Assembly (NCBI RefSeq): GCF_006345805.1
Contig: NW_021832721.1
Location: 51,992-115,991 of the forward strand
From: Octopus sinensis
Lineage: Eukaryota
Direction: 5' to 3'
DNA: 64,000 nt
Under the pieces are notes generated by a model. That model saw only the letters and a program-made list of their open reading frames with translations, did not search any database and was not told the DNA's origin. The position numbers and the translations under genes are program-made. Position 1 is the first letter of the stretch, and every line of letters starts with the position of its first letter. Shown one piece after another: positions 1 through 64,000 of this stretch.

Positions 1-23
1 TTCACAAAATATAATATAGATAT

Positions 24-238
24 ATATAAATTAGCGAAAAAACACCTTTTATCAATTCAATAATGAAAAATTAAATTACACCATCTAGATAATTACATAT
101 TATAGAAAAATTTTAAATAAGATAAGATAAAAAAATATATCTTATTTTTAATTTTTCTATAATATGTAATTTTATAGATGGTGTAATTTAATTTTTCATT
201 ATTGAATTGATAAAAGGTGTTTTTTCTAATTTATATAT
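24..238. repeat. AT-rich hairpin / MITE-like element
   Basis: About 60-bp inverted arms (aaaacaccttttatcaattcaataatgaaaaattaaattacaccatcta and its reverse complement). Confidence 0.6.
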
Positions 239-274
239 GTATATATACATATACATACATACATACATACATTC

Positions 275-346
<72 letters not shown>

Positions 347-544
347 ACACACACACACATATATACATGCATGCGATGCGGGATTTCCCTCAATTATCAC
401 ACTCTCAGTAACACACTCTTTGGACAGAAAATGTTAGAATAGTTAAAGGCGAGTGAAGGAAATTAAAATGAAGGATGGGAACTCGTTATATAATTAGCAA
501 TATATCGCCAATGAAGTAATATAAAAATGAAATATTCAACCTAC

Positions 545-63529
<62,985 letters not shown>

Positions 63530-64000
63530 CTGAAACACAAGATTGAGGTAAGAACATTTATTGAACAAATTTGTGTCTAAAGAATTGGATGATGGAAAAG
63601 ATGAAAAGTAGATTACTATCATGATGTTGTAGATGATGTTGGATGGAAGAAGGGCAGTGATGAGTATTGTGATGTGGAGGTGGAGAAAGAATTATTGTGG
63701 GAGTGTTGATGATGATGATATGATGCAGATCTTATCAATTTTGATCTTTGTGAAAAAGATGAGGATTTGTAGTTTTGTTGTGATGATGAATATGGTATTG
63801 ATGATGATTTGGACATTTGAAGGGGTTCCCAAAAAGACCTACACTAATTATAGGGGTCGAACCATTCGACTATCACAAAACACCGAGATTTACGTTTAAC
63901 TTTTCTCTCCCATTGTAGCTGCTATCATTGCCATATTAAGAGTAGGAAGTTTAAATTTTAGAGGCCTAGGTTTGCCCTTGAAGCAGGGGTGTCTGCTCAA

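Overview
Eukaryotic, AT-rich, microsatellite- and transposon-dense genomic DNA. It is most likely octopus/cephalopod, inferred from SINE and repeat families I recognise from memory and did not search. Nearly all long ORFs in the supplied track are simple-repeat artefacts or decayed retroelement ORFs: R4/Dong-clade RT-REL LINEs in (TAA)n arrays, Penelope-like RT/GIY-YIG elements, Tx1/L1-like remnants and mariner remnants. The main signal is not in the ORF track. A minus-strand host gene runs through the whole window as at least 19 intact 72-nt exons. Each has a canonical AG acceptor and GT donor, is phase 2-2, and encodes exactly one 24-aa leucine-rich repeat (xLxxNxIxxIxxGxFxxLxxLxxL). There are also 3 decayed exon copies. 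The array has been expanded by segmental duplication of TE-laden exon-plus-intron modules. It shows patchwork exchange between exon paralogues and high variability at the predicted concave (ligand-binding) LRR positions. Because all exons share one phase, any subset can be spliced in frame, so this is a candidate variable or combinatorial LRR receptor locus. The N- and C-terminal domains lie outside the window, so the gene family (for example LGR/GRL101-like GPCR, Toll-like or other extracellular LRR protein) cannot be assigned. Exon coordinates were counted by hand; TE boundaries are approximate.
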